Positions 8,904 through 17,787 of a stretch of 64,000 nt of DNA are shown here, piece by piece (the stretch's first letter is position 1; every line of letters begins with the position of its first letter). The DNA lies in IMG/VR virus record IMGVR_UViG_3300042350_001802, positions 1 through 64,000 of that record; one strand, written 5' to 3'. The notes under the pieces were generated by a model that saw nothing but the letters and a program-made list of their open reading frames with translations, did not search any database and was not told where the DNA came from. The position numbers were made by a program, and so were the translations under genes. The DNA is from a virus.

Positions 8904-9689
8904 CTATTTCAAAAATATCAAATCTTTTTCAGATGGAGTCCATCCTTCTGGCATTGGATCATCATCCACATCGGAATCTACTGTTACAGGAACAGGGTTA
9001 TCATTAGTAGTACCATTTATAAATGCTAGATAATCAGCAGTGTATATGAGTTTAATATCTTTAGTGTCATTTGTACAGATCTTATTATTCTTTACCATTA
9101 CAGACCAAGAATGTTTAAAACCATACATATTCTTTACACCTGATATCCGAGGCATAACAAACTTATCACTTCCTGTACGAATATCTTGACATATAACAAA
9201 CTCACTGTGAGCAGGTGTAATATTAACAATGTTAACGCGACCAACTACTACATCTTTTGGTGAGCTAGGATTACCAAGAGTTGCTTGTACAAGACACCCC
9301 TCGTGATATTCTACATCATTAATGGTGACATAGTTTCTTTCATATAATGGTAAAATCCACTCAGTATCATCAGATGTTATAATTCCAGCTTCATCTACGT
9401 CAAATACCCAACCATATTCATACTCAAATTTTTCATTAGCTTCAGTGCAACCATTCCAATCATCATCATCGTGACATATCCATGCTCTAAAAGCTCTATC
9501 TTCAAGATTCACCTTATTAATACAAAGCATTGCATCTGTAATTTCAACTGTTTCATCTGGATCATCTTGGTCTCCTCTAAATAGCTTTACTTTTATTTTA
9601 TCACCATGAAATATTTTAATACCATCTACAACTATATACCATAACGACTTATCAATCTGTGCTTCTGATTTAACTTTAAGTCTTTTCAT
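8904..9689 (-). CDS. Hypothetical protein with an internally duplicated domain
   Basis: 261 aa; two similar halves (ICHD...YGWV and ICQD...HSWS). Confidence 0.75.
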   Translation of the reverse strand: MKRLKVKSEAQIDKSLWYIVVDGIKIFHGDKIKVKLFRGDQDDPDETVEITDAMLCINKVNLEDRAFRAWICHDDDDWNGCTEANEKFEYEYGWVFDVDEAGIITSDDTEWILPLYERNYVTINDVEYHEGCLVQATLGNPSSPKDVVVGRVNIVNITPAHSEFVICQDIRTGSDKFVMPRISGVKNMYGFKHSWSVMVKNNKICTNDTKDIKLIYTADYLAFINGTTNDNPVPVTVDSDVDDDPMPEGWTPSEKDLIFLK

Positions 9690-9740
9690 ACAAGAGTTTT
9701 AAAAAAGCTCCCAGGAATAATTTCCCAGGAGCTTATATTA

Positions 9741-10163
9741 TCAATCATCATCCTCGTCATCAGCTTGTCTACTCTTATGAGCTTTTGCTTCATTTTTGTA
9801 GCTGATGAATTTTTCTACGAACTTATCCTCATCACCATCTACAGCTTTATAAAGCATAGTCATACCAGCAAGCACGTGCTGTAACTTCTTGTCGGTATCC
9901 ATTCTTAAATCAAGACGAGAATACTCCCATACAAGATAGACACGCTCATTATCTGTCTTCGCTTCATCAAGAATTTTTTCAATAACTCCTGTTTTTGTAC
10001 GAAGATTTGAAGGTGCATCGTCAGGATCATCAAATAACTTATTAACCATAACTGCTTGATTAATAATGTTGAACAATACCTTTGCGTCCAATACATCAGA
10101 TCTGTGATCTGGAATACTCAAAGCAGCTTGGACATTACCTGCTGAGTGATCAAATTTTACCAT
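9741..10163 (-). CDS. Hypothetical protein
   Basis: 140 aa ORF. Confidence 0.75.
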   Translation of the reverse strand: MVKFDHSAGNVQAALSIPDHRSDVLDAKVLFNIINQAVMVNKLFDDPDDAPSNLRTKTGVIEKILDEAKTDNERVYLVWEYSRLDLRMDTDKKLQHVLAGMTMLYKAVDGDEDKFVEKFISYKNEAKAHKSRQADDEDDD

Positions 10164-10476
10164 TGTCGGTAGTTTTAGGGTTTAAAGATTGTTTTACCAT
10201 TTTCACTGCTTCAGTGTGACCTTGCAGTGACTCGTTATACGTTTTATATCGACGTTGAAACTCGTCATACTGTCCACCAAATATCATTGTCTCAAATAAT
10301 ATGGGTGTTGATTCGTCTATAAATGAATGATCCCATCCAAGGAAGACTGTTGATATTTTAATGTTGTCTATATAATCAATAGCAACACGTTTCATATCAT
10401 CAGTCATTCCTTTTCGGAACTCATCAAAACTCACAACATATGGATTCTTATTCTCATCTAAAAGATAGGAGTTCAT
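10150..10476 (-). CDS. Conserved phage protein (ISTVFLG-D...FETMIFGG family)
   Basis: Recognisable phage motif, function unknown. Confidence 0.75.
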   Translation of the reverse strand: MNSYLLDENKNPYVVSFDEFRKGMTDDMKRVAIDYIDNIKISTVFLGWDHSFIDESTPILFETMIFGGQYDEFQRRYKTYNESLQGHTEAVKMVKQSLNPKTTDNGKI

Positions 10477-11330
10477 GATTTAGTTTTATGAAGTTGTTCG
10501 AAAATAGAGTTTACCTGCTTAACAGGACCAACAGCATTAAGACCAATGACAGCGGTATATCCAAAGTTATCTTTCTTTTTGATATCACTATCATCCATTG
10601 GCCTACCTAAACCACTGGTAATATGGAACTCACTAAATATTTCAGCAAGAAACACAGACTCACGGAAAGACCCTAATGTAAATACAGGAGCAAAGGTAGT
10701 CCAATTGAAACGCTCTTGTGCAGATTTAATCTTTGCTTGCACAATACAATACTTACCTGCTAATTTAGGGTCTTTGTATGTATCTGATGAAAACGAACAA
10801 TACCATACTTCTGTTGCAATACCAGCTTGTTCTAGTGCATAGATGGTAGGGATTGCTGTTGCTGCCACCTTACGAAATGATTCTTGATCTACACACGCAG
10901 AACCACAGATATTAATAGCAATCTTTACAACAGGCTTTCTAGCGTTTTTGTAAACACCAAAATATCTATCCTCACCACTGAGTGCTTTTGGAACATTCAG
11001 TCTGAACCCGTGATCAGTAAACTCTATGCGTTTACGGTAGGTGCGTGCTTGTCTAATAAGATCTTTATACTTCTTATCAGCCATAGTTTTCTTCACCTCA
11101 GCTAGACACATATCTTTACCCTTCTTAGGATCAAATCTCGTAGTGTGAAAACCATCTTTACTTTTTTCGTCACCATAACGCCAGCTTGAATCATCTGTCA
11201 TATTATCCAATTGACCTTGATTTCTAGGGTGCATAGTGGCAGGAGGATTATCTATATCAGTATTAGCAAAGAAATCTGCAACAGATTCATACATAATATG
11301 ATATGTATCATCTTTTATAAATCTTTTCAT
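10473..11330 (-). CDS. vWA/CobT-like partner of the AAA+ ATPase
   Basis: Directly downstream of the MoxR-type ATPase; NICGSA...ALEQAGIATEVW pattern; start at MKRFIK. Confidence 0.6.
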   Translation of the reverse strand: MKRFIKDDTYHIMYESVADFFANTDIDNPPATMHPRNQGQLDNMTDDSSWRYGDEKSKDGFHTTRFDPKKGKDMCLAEVKKTMADKKYKDLIRQARTYRKRIEFTDHGFRLNVPKALSGEDRYFGVYKNARKPVVKIAINICGSACVDQESFRKVAATAIPTIYALEQAGIATEVWYCSFSSDTYKDPKLAGKYCIVQAKIKSAQERFNWTTFAPVFTLGSFRESVFLAEIFSEFHITSGLGRPMDDSDIKKKDNFGYTAVIGLNAVGPVKQVNSIFEQLHKTKS

Positions 11331-11395
11331 ATGATTTATTTTAAAGTTAAAAAAAAGCAAAGGGGTTTTTACGCCCCCTTGCTATAACCCATCCA

Positions 11396-12715
11396 TCAGG
11401 ACACTCCAACAGTGTTTTTTAGCTTTTTCTGAAGCTCTTCATCCCAATGACTAGAAATCATATTTAGGATATCCTGCTTACAGAAATTGTTGAACAGTAA
11501 TGTAGATGCATCAAACACAGAGCGCGTTGAGAACTTCTCGCTTTCTACGTGAGAGTTCATAAATGCTCTGATGCCCTGCATCCATACATAATGATCACCA
11601 GCAATGCTCTTCTCGATGTTCTCATCATAGTCGATGAATATACGACACAGTTTAAAACGATCGAGGAATGCCATATCCTGCATCTCTCTACCCTGATATT
11701 CAACAGAACCTGATCCCCACGTATTACCTGCTAGAATACAGAAGAAATCCTTATGCTTTTTAGCAATAGGATTACCTTGTCTATTAGGTACAGAGATCTG
11801 TCCGCTTCTGTCAAATACAGCGTTAAGCACTACAGCAATAGATGGTGACATTGCATCATACTCATCGATTAGAAACAAACCACCGTTCTCATAGAAGTCT
11901 AGGAACTGTGATGTAACATAACCGTTGAGATTAGCAAATCCCACCAACTCTGACTTAGATGCCTCCATATTACAGGAGAAGGATGCATAGCGAAGCTGCA
12001 TAGAATCAGCAGCTTGTTTTGCTAGCGTTGATTTACCAGAACCTGTAGGTCCTACAATCATAGCTTGCTTAAACAGTTGCAGATAACTGATGAGCTTCGG
12101 AAGTTCTTTGTGTGCAGAAGGATTGTCAATTACTGCTTTCAATTCACCTTTTAAGTGAATCTGTGTGCGTTTGCTCTCTAAAAATGACTCAATAATCTTT
12201 TCTTTCTTACTAGAGTAGTCGTCTTTAAGTGCTTCCAACAGCTCCTTCTTTAACTGTTTGGTTAGTTTGTCTTTTTCTGATACCACGACATCAGACAATA
12301 TACCGTGGATTTTTTCGTGTCTGAGCTTGTACATAACAAGTTTATCGACACGTTCTTGAATTGCTTGTTCGGGAATCATCACTTGAAATCCCGTTGTTGT
12401 TGAAGTGTTACTCATCTTCGTTTCTATTTTAGGGGGTTTTTGAATACTCTGTTCTTTTTTAACTGTTCTAATTACATTAAAGTAGGTGTTGGTACAACTC
12501 CATCTAATTGGTTCATTTTTATCACCATAAAAGAATAGATTAAAAATACCATCATGAGTGGTGCTACTTGATTTAGCTTTCACTGTATAAGTGCTACCTT
12601 TTGTAACATACGCATATCCACCTGTATGTAATATCTCAATGGTGTCTCCTGCTTCTATATCCTCGTAAGCAATCTTTTCTATTCTAATTGTTGTTTTTTC
12701 CATAGGATACACCAT
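11396..12715 (-). CDS. MoxR/CobS-like AAA+ ATPase
   Basis: GPTGSGKS, FLIDEYD, AGNTWG, AFLDRF. Confidence 0.9.
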   Translation of the reverse strand: MVYPMEKTTIRIEKIAYEDIEAGDTIEILHTGGYAYVTKGSTYTVKAKSSSTTHDGIFNLFFYGDKNEPIRWSCTNTYFNVIRTVKKEQSIQKPPKIETKMSNTSTTTGFQVMIPEQAIQERVDKLVMYKLRHEKIHGILSDVVVSEKDKLTKQLKKELLEALKDDYSSKKEKIIESFLESKRTQIHLKGELKAVIDNPSAHKELPKLISYLQLFKQAMIVGPTGSGKSTLAKQAADSMQLRYASFSCNMEASKSELVGFANLNGYVTSQFLDFYENGGLFLIDEYDAMSPSIAVVLNAVFDRSGQISVPNRQGNPIAKKHKDFFCILAGNTWGSGSVEYQGREMQDMAFLDRFKLCRIFIDYDENIEKSIAGDHYVWMQGIRAFMNSHVESEKFSTRSVFDASTLLFNNFCKQDILNMISSHWDEELQKKLKNTVGVS

Positions 12716-12992
12716 TTTTAACAGTGAGTAAGAAGCTTGTCACTACACCGCACTTTATAGAAAAGTCAGCGTTGTTGTGTGCATACTTGCACAAGTCCTT
12801 GAGAGACTTTGGTACATTTAATGTAACAGGTGACTTAGTCCAGCTATCAGATAGACGCTCTAATAGCATCACTCTAACAGGTGCTGGGATTCTTGCATCA
12901 CTAATGTTTTTTAGCACTTCAATAGTGCCAGTGATTGTACTATCTAACATATCAGATAGTGCATTTTGAATGAATTGATGTTGGGTTTCCAT
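12684..12992 (-). CDS. Hypothetical protein
   Basis: 102 aa ORF. Confidence 0.65.
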   Translation of the reverse strand: METQHQFIQNALSDMLDSTITGTIEVLKNISDARIPAPVRVMLLERLSDSWTKSPVTLNVPKSLKDLCKYAHNNADFSIKCGVVTSFLLTVKNGVSYGKNNN

Positions 12993-13204
12993 ATGTTTAG
13001 GTTATTAATTACAAAAAAAGCAGGAGACAATTACATTACCTCCTGCGTTAGAACTACTTGAGTAGAAATTAGAGGAGCGACTATACGGGATGAGCTGACG
13101 CGTTCCAGAAACTAGTATTCTGTACTAAGCTAAATCAGAGTGACCGCCAATACGGTTCCGGTTTTTCTACGTTTCGTTCTAGGATGTGTGTTTTACATCT
13201 TTGC

Positions 13205-13244
13205 ATCAGGGGTGGAATCGAACCACCCTTAACACCATGCTGAT
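13205..13244 (-). ncRNA. Mini tRNA-mimic element A
   Basis: ATCAG-C-ATGGTGTTAA-GGGTGG-TTCGATT-CCACCC-CTGAT. Confidence 0.7.
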
Positions 13245-13250
13245 AAATTA

Positions 13251-13649
13251 TTATTCAATATCGTATTCTCTTATTTTACGATATAAAGTACGAGCACTAA
13301 TACCAAGAGCTTCAGCAGCATTATCTCTATGTCCTTTATGTCTTCTTAAAGCATTAATTATAGATCCTTTTTCCAGTACTATCATAGGAAGAATATTTTC
13401 TTCATCGTCTTCATATCGGTTATTCTTATATTCTTCAGAAGGTACTTTTAATGGTTCATATTTAAAAGTGTCTATCTCTTTTTTTTCTAGCTCATCCTGT
13501 AGTATTTTTACAAACATGCGTTTTAATTCTGTTACATCTTTTTTCATGTCAAAGAAAAGCTTGTAAAGAATTTCTTTTTCTGATGTATTAGCTTGTACTT
13601 CAGCTTTTAATTTTTCAATTAATTCAGATTTTAGGGTTTCAATATCCAT
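13251..13649 (-). CDS. Fis/NtrC-type HTH (HTH_8) protein with N-terminal coiled coil
   Basis: IINALRRHKGHRDNAAEALGISARTLYRKIREY; start MDIETLK at 13649. Confidence 0.85.
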   Translation of the reverse strand: MDIETLKSELIEKLKAEVQANTSEKEILYKLFFDMKKDVTELKRMFVKILQDELEKKEIDTFKYEPLKVPSEEYKNNRYEDDEENILPMIVLEKGSIINALRRHKGHRDNAAEALGISARTLYRKIREYDIE

Positions 13650-13664
13650 AGATTTAAGTTTTAG

Positions 13665-13707
13665 AACTAGGAGGGGGAATCGAACCCCCTCTAGAACCAT
13701 TCTAGTT
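13665..13707 (-). ncRNA. Mini tRNA-mimic element B
   Basis: AACTAG-A-ATGGTTCTA-GAGGGGG-TTCGATT-CCCCCTC-CTAGTT. Confidence 0.7.
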
Positions 13708-14602
13708 AAGCACACTCGTTAAAAAAGTTAAAGATGTTATCTTTATCTCCATTAACAAATGTGAGTTTTTCACTATTCTTTTTCAGATAGTTACAAAATC
13801 TTGTGTGATTATAAGTGGAAAAGTTTTGGGTTACGTATTCTACATAAGCACCTACAAAGAACTTATTAGAAATACGGTCCATACGAGGTACAATGTTCAA
13901 TACATCAGTTACAAAATCTAAGATTTGTACTGCTCTATCTTCGTTTTTCACTTTAAATGTACCCTTCTTGATAACCGAGTTTACTCCACCACTACCAGCA
14001 TTTCTACCACTAAGAATAGAAGCAATAGTTTGCACTTCAAGATCATACTGATTAAAGTAGTGAGATAGTTTCTTATAATCAGGACGGATAAATGACCATA
14101 TTTGGATATAGTCTTTTAACTGCCATGACTTAGAACTTGAGTTTAACAATGCTGTTTTCTCTACTAATTCTTCTTCGTTTTTGATTTCTATCTCTACATA
14201 TGGAATATCCATATTTAGACGAAGAAGAGCAAAATAGAGGTGTTGACCATCAATAATGTACCAACCTTTAAGACCAGCAAAATCAAGATATGCAACTACA
14301 ACAGGACGGATGATCCCCATTAGTTGTATAGATGTTGCAAGAAGCGTCACTTGAGCAGGAATAATGGCACGGTTGATACCTTCTAAGAACTTAAAACCAA
14401 TCTTCGCTACTTTCTCAAGGATCTTTACATTAAATAAATCGCGCATCTTTTTACTGTAGGTGTTACGCTGACCTTTTGTTTTTGATGATTGGTTCTCGGT
14501 TTGAGGTTCATCAGGTGTGACTCGCATTTTACCTTTCTCTATTACTAGAGCTTTTCTTTTGACAGTGAGTTTGTTACTGTCATTCTTTTTTTTGTTTTTC
14601 AT
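13706..14602 (-). CDS. ParB/Srx-like domain protein
   Basis: INRAI...SIQLMGIIRPVVV...YIIDGQHL. Confidence 0.75.
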   Translation of the reverse strand: MKNKKKNDSNKLTVKRKALVIEKGKMRVTPDEPQTENQSSKTKGQRNTYSKKMRDLFNVKILEKVAKIGFKFLEGINRAIIPAQVTLLATSIQLMGIIRPVVVAYLDFAGLKGWYIIDGQHLYFALLRLNMDIPYVEIEIKNEEELVEKTALLNSSSKSWQLKDYIQIWSFIRPDYKKLSHYFNQYDLEVQTIASILSGRNAGSGGVNSVIKKGTFKVKNEDRAVQILDFVTDVLNIVPRMDRISNKFFVGAYVEYVTQNFSTYNHTRFCNYLKKNSEKLTFVNGDKDNIFNFFNECA

Positions 14603-14639
14603 ACAAAGATGAATTTAGGGTTTAAAATAAGGGTTTCAG

Positions 14640-14683
14640 AACCAGGGAGAGGAATCGAACCTCTCCTTGCTACCATACTGGTT
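14640..14683 (-). ncRNA. Mini tRNA-mimic element C
   Basis: AACCAG-T-ATGGTAGCAA-GGAGAGG-TTCGATT-CCTCTCC-CTGGTT. Confidence 0.7.
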
Positions 14684-15023
14684 AATATGTGATCACCAAT
14701 CTCTGCACTCCATCTGCGTAGTTCATAATAGAAATGCTTTTGATGGGAACATAGATGGTGTTACCTTCTGTTTCAATAACAGTTGGTGTGGTGTACACAT
14801 CGTTTGCTCTCACAGTTTTAGATCCTAGGGGTTTACCAAGTTTAACAGTCGGATCTATGTCTGTTAATCTTTTACCTGTTAGTTTACGCCAATAAGCGTA
14901 TACAGAGGCATAACTGTGCTTCGTTGTCCGAGAAAAGGATCTAAGTTCTTTTCTGGTAGAGAGTGTAGCTAACTCTTTTAGCTGACTATCAGTGTAATAC
15001 TGATATTTTTTACGTCTTCCCAT
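14682..15023 (-). CDS. Basic hypothetical protein, possible DNA binder
   Basis: 113 aa, N-terminal HTH-like basic segment. Confidence 0.7.
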   Translation of the reverse strand: MGRRKKYQYYTDSQLKELATLSTRKELRSFSRTTKHSYASVYAYWRKLTGKRLTDIDPTVKLGKPLGSKTVRANDVYTTPTVIETEGNTIYVPIKSISIMNYADGVQRLVITY

Positions 15024-15109
15024 GATTTTTAACGGGTTTTATGGTGGATTAAAAAATACAAATAAAAGGGGAGTGTAGAGACACCCCCCGTATTGCTTAT
15101 GCTTACCTA

Positions 15110-15247
15110 TTACTGCTTTACGCGAGTAATAATCTTTGAGCGTCCTTTACATCCATATCCATTAGTGGCACAGGAGGAGAACAAGGATGCTACAGTGAGT
15201 AGAAATGCGATGTACATAAGGATGTACGCTCCAGGGATCTTATTCAT
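15110..15247 (-). CDS. Small lipoprotein (45 aa)
   Basis: MNKIPGAYILMYIAFLLTVASLFSS-CATNGYGCKG...; lipobox FSSC. Confidence 0.65.
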   Translation of the reverse strand: MNKIPGAYILMYIAFLLTVASLFSSCATNGYGCKGRSKIITRVKQ

Positions 15248-15329
15248 ATGATAGAATTTACATTACTTCCCCTCTGCGTTCAATGGTATGCTAAACACAC
15301 ATATGTCACCATATATGCAGACCTAATTA

Positions 15330-15490
15330 CCACTGTCTGTCCTTGGGAAACAGATTATGACGCATTAAAAGTTCTGTGAATCTCCTTATAAAAGGATATA
15401 CTACCTTCACAGACAAACCAGTAGTCTGGTATCACCCCTAACTATGTCCTTAAAAAAGGAGAAGGCACTTGCGTCTCCGGACACAGTGGG
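15330..15490 (-). ncRNA. Candidate multi-stem structured RNA
   Basis: Nested CCACTG/CAGTGG and GACGCA/TGCGTC; hairpins ACCAG/CTGGT, TCTGTGAA/TTCACAGA, TCTGTT-TCCCAAG-GACAGA. Confidence 0.55.
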
Positions 15491-15497
15491 TATACTA

Positions 15498-15707
15498 TCA
15501 TTCATTATCTGCCATAAACACGCTATCTAACACTCCTGTCTTTTCATATGGGACAGTGGCTACATGACGTCCGTGGTCAGATATCACCATAGCACTATCT
15601 TCAAGTGTGACTTGGTAGTGCCAGGATTTACAACATTCAGCGGGTGCTTGACGGGTGCTACAAGAGGCTAATAACACCCCTAATAACACAAACAACATCT
15701 TATACAT
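15498..15707 (-). CDS. Lipoprotein
   Basis: MYKMLFVLLGVLLAS-C lipobox. Confidence 0.75.
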   Translation of the reverse strand: MYKMLFVLLGVLLASCSTRQAPAECCKSWHYQVTLEDSAMVISDHGRHVATVPYEKTGVLDSVFMADNE

Positions 15708-16054
15708 ACACTATAACAGTTTTATTATAACAGATCTCTGTATGTCTATAATAGACACATAGGAAACAGATCTTAATACATATATATCTATAGCCATCTA
15801 CTGGCGATGACACATTTACACTTTCTACCACTTTCTCCCACCCATAGAAATACCACTGAGGAGTCCACCCACCCCCTAACTCCTTCACATTCAACGAATT
15901 ACGTCGTTTAATCCTGTAAATCTATGCATTTGCACTGTGACACCCGACACGTGTAGGTGCAGTCCATATATTGTCCATACAAGGTGCTGTGGTGATGTGG
16001 TGAAAAAGAAAAAAGAACCCCCGTCTATATGAGCGAGGGTTCTTATGTTATTGA

Positions 16055-16594
16055 TTAGAACGGAGCGCTTTCTGTTTCAAGCGTCAGTTCAGCGGGTTGC
16101 TCCGCAGATGGTGTTTCATCTGTATCGGGAGCATCAGCAACAGCAGGGCGGGATGCTATGCGTGCGAGCAAAGCGAGTTTCTTTGCGTTCATAATCTCAC
16201 GCTCTTTCGCAATCTTCACTTGCGCGTTGGTGCGAGCGAGCAGTTCGATGTTCTCTTCCTTGTAGATGTCACTACGCTCAATCGTGTGATTGAGGGAATT
16301 GAACAGCACTAAACGCTGTTTACCTTCGAGCGCCATTTCCACTCTCTCGTCCCCGTTGATGATTGCACCTGTCTCACGGTCAACGAAGTCTTTCGTCTTA
16401 ACAGAGCAACCTACCAAACGAGATAAGCTTTCGGGTGCAGTGTCATAACCTGCACGAGTTAGAGAGTTGTGGGTAACACCGATTTCGAGGGAGTTACCGT
16501 CGCATACTGCGGAAAACATAGCGTACGCAGTTGCATTAGCACCAAATAATTGAGTAGGATTGGTGAGACCTACGATTGTCAGCGTCTTTGCCAT
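16055..16594 (-). CDS. Probably highly expressed early protein, candidate ssDNA-binding protein
   Basis: 179 aa, visibly higher GC, acidic disordered tail ending ESAPF; terminator downstream. Confidence 0.6.
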   Translation of the reverse strand: MAKTLTIVGLTNPTQLFGANATAYAMFSAVCDGNSLEIGVTHNSLTRAGYDTAPESLSRLVGCSVKTKDFVDRETGAIINGDERVEMALEGKQRLVLFNSLNHTIERSDIYKEENIELLARTNAQVKIAKEREIMNAKKLALLARIASRPAVADAPDTDETPSAEQPAELTLETESAPF

Positions 16595-16758
16595 ACAATT
16601 TGAATTTAAAATTAAAAAAAAAGATTACGCATTTATATAGTTTAAAATTACAGCTTTGATACTGTGTGATAAACGCAAGATGCACGATAGTAAAGGTGTC
16701 CTGCGTAGCAGAGTGAAATAAAGCGGGATGTAAAAAAGGGGGAATAACCCCCTTTGTG

Positions 16759-17178
16759 TTAACATTCGTAAGACTGCGATTCTAATGCATTTAATTCTTT
16801 TTCGTTCTTTAAATCCTGCATAAATCTATCGTAGTCGTCTTTCTGTTTCATCTGCTCAAACCAATGGTCCATAGCAGATGACTCTTCTGCTGGCGTAGCA
16901 AACCCGTATTTGATGTCGAGTCTGCGTTGCATTACAGATTTGAGGAACATATTTAGTTCCCGGATGTTAGCACTATGTACATTAGTGTCAGATGTAATCC
17001 AACGGATGTGTACATAATACCATTGACCTGCATCTGCTGTTCTAACCTGTGCGTTAGCAAATGGTGGCATAAGAGTGTCTTTGTCTACGCGCACGCGGAT
17101 TTTAGCGTAGAACAATTTGAATGTCTCGATGTTTACGGAGCTAATCCCGTAAGGAAGCATGATGACTTTGTTGTCCAT
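16759..17178 (-). CDS. Early hypothetical protein
   Basis: 139 aa ORF with its own leader motif and terminator. Confidence 0.75.
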   Translation of the reverse strand: MDNKVIMLPYGISSVNIETFKLFYAKIRVRVDKDTLMPPFANAQVRTADAGQWYYVHIRWITSDTNVHSANIRELNMFLKSVMQRRLDIKYGFATPAEESSAMDHWFEQMKQKDDYDRFMQDLKNEKELNALESQSYEC

Positions 17179-17271
17179 AATGATGGATTTAGGTTAAGGA
17201 AATATATATCTAATTCATATAGTTTAAATAAGAACCCCTACGGACTTTCGTCTTTCGGGGTTTCCTAACCA

Positions 17272-17487
17272 TTAAAAGGTCTCGTCTTCTAGACGACCGC
17301 AAACTTGCAGTTGATTGATACCACGAGCACCCCATTCTGTATGGTAGTTGATTTGCTCCTTGAGCGCTTCAATAGCACTCTGTTCGTCGCAAGCTACCAC
17401 ATCGAAGGTGTCCTGTTCTACATCAATCTCTTCTGGTGAAGAGAAGTTTACGGTGATGATTTCCACTACAATAAAGTAGGTGTACAT
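17272..17487 (-). CDS. Acidic early hypothetical protein
   Basis: 71 aa ORF. Confidence 0.7.
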   Translation of the reverse strand: MYTYFIVVEIITVNFSSPEEIDVEQDTFDVVACDEQSAIEALKEQINYHTEWGARGINQLQVCGRLEDETF

Positions 17488-17530
17488 AACAAATGATTTA
17501 GGTTAAGGAAAATTGTTACATTCAAATAGT

Positions 17531-17722
17531 TTACTTCCACCAGTAGTCTCTGGTCCAAACGAAGGGTAGTCCGAGTACGAGTAGAACATACGTATACCCC
17601 ACCCATCCACCGTTTAGATTTTCATCACTCCAATAAAATGTGTCATCTGAGGGTTCTACGAGCATAAGCATAAACAGCATCACCCAAATGCTGAATAGCG
17701 CGATTCCGATAAACTTTTTCAT
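17531..17722 (-). CDS. Small 2-TM membrane protein
   Basis: Two hydrophobic segments. Confidence 0.7.
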   Translation of the reverse strand: MKKFIGIALFSIWVMLFMLMLVEPSDDTFYWSDENLNGGWVGYTYVLLVLGLPFVWTRDYWWK

Positions 17723-17787
17723 ATGATTAGAATTTAGATAACATAGTTAAGAAAAGGGGAAATGCGGAAATCCCCTTTTCTCTACAA

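Noticed and set aside
13650-13715. ORF-track N-terminal extension of the Fis-like gene
   Set aside because: It runs through tRNA-mimic element B and overlaps the upstream gene; ATG 13649 fits better
15700-15894. 64 aa ORF with a TTG start
   Set aside because: Start is uncertain and there is no supporting motif; a shorter real gene cannot be excluded
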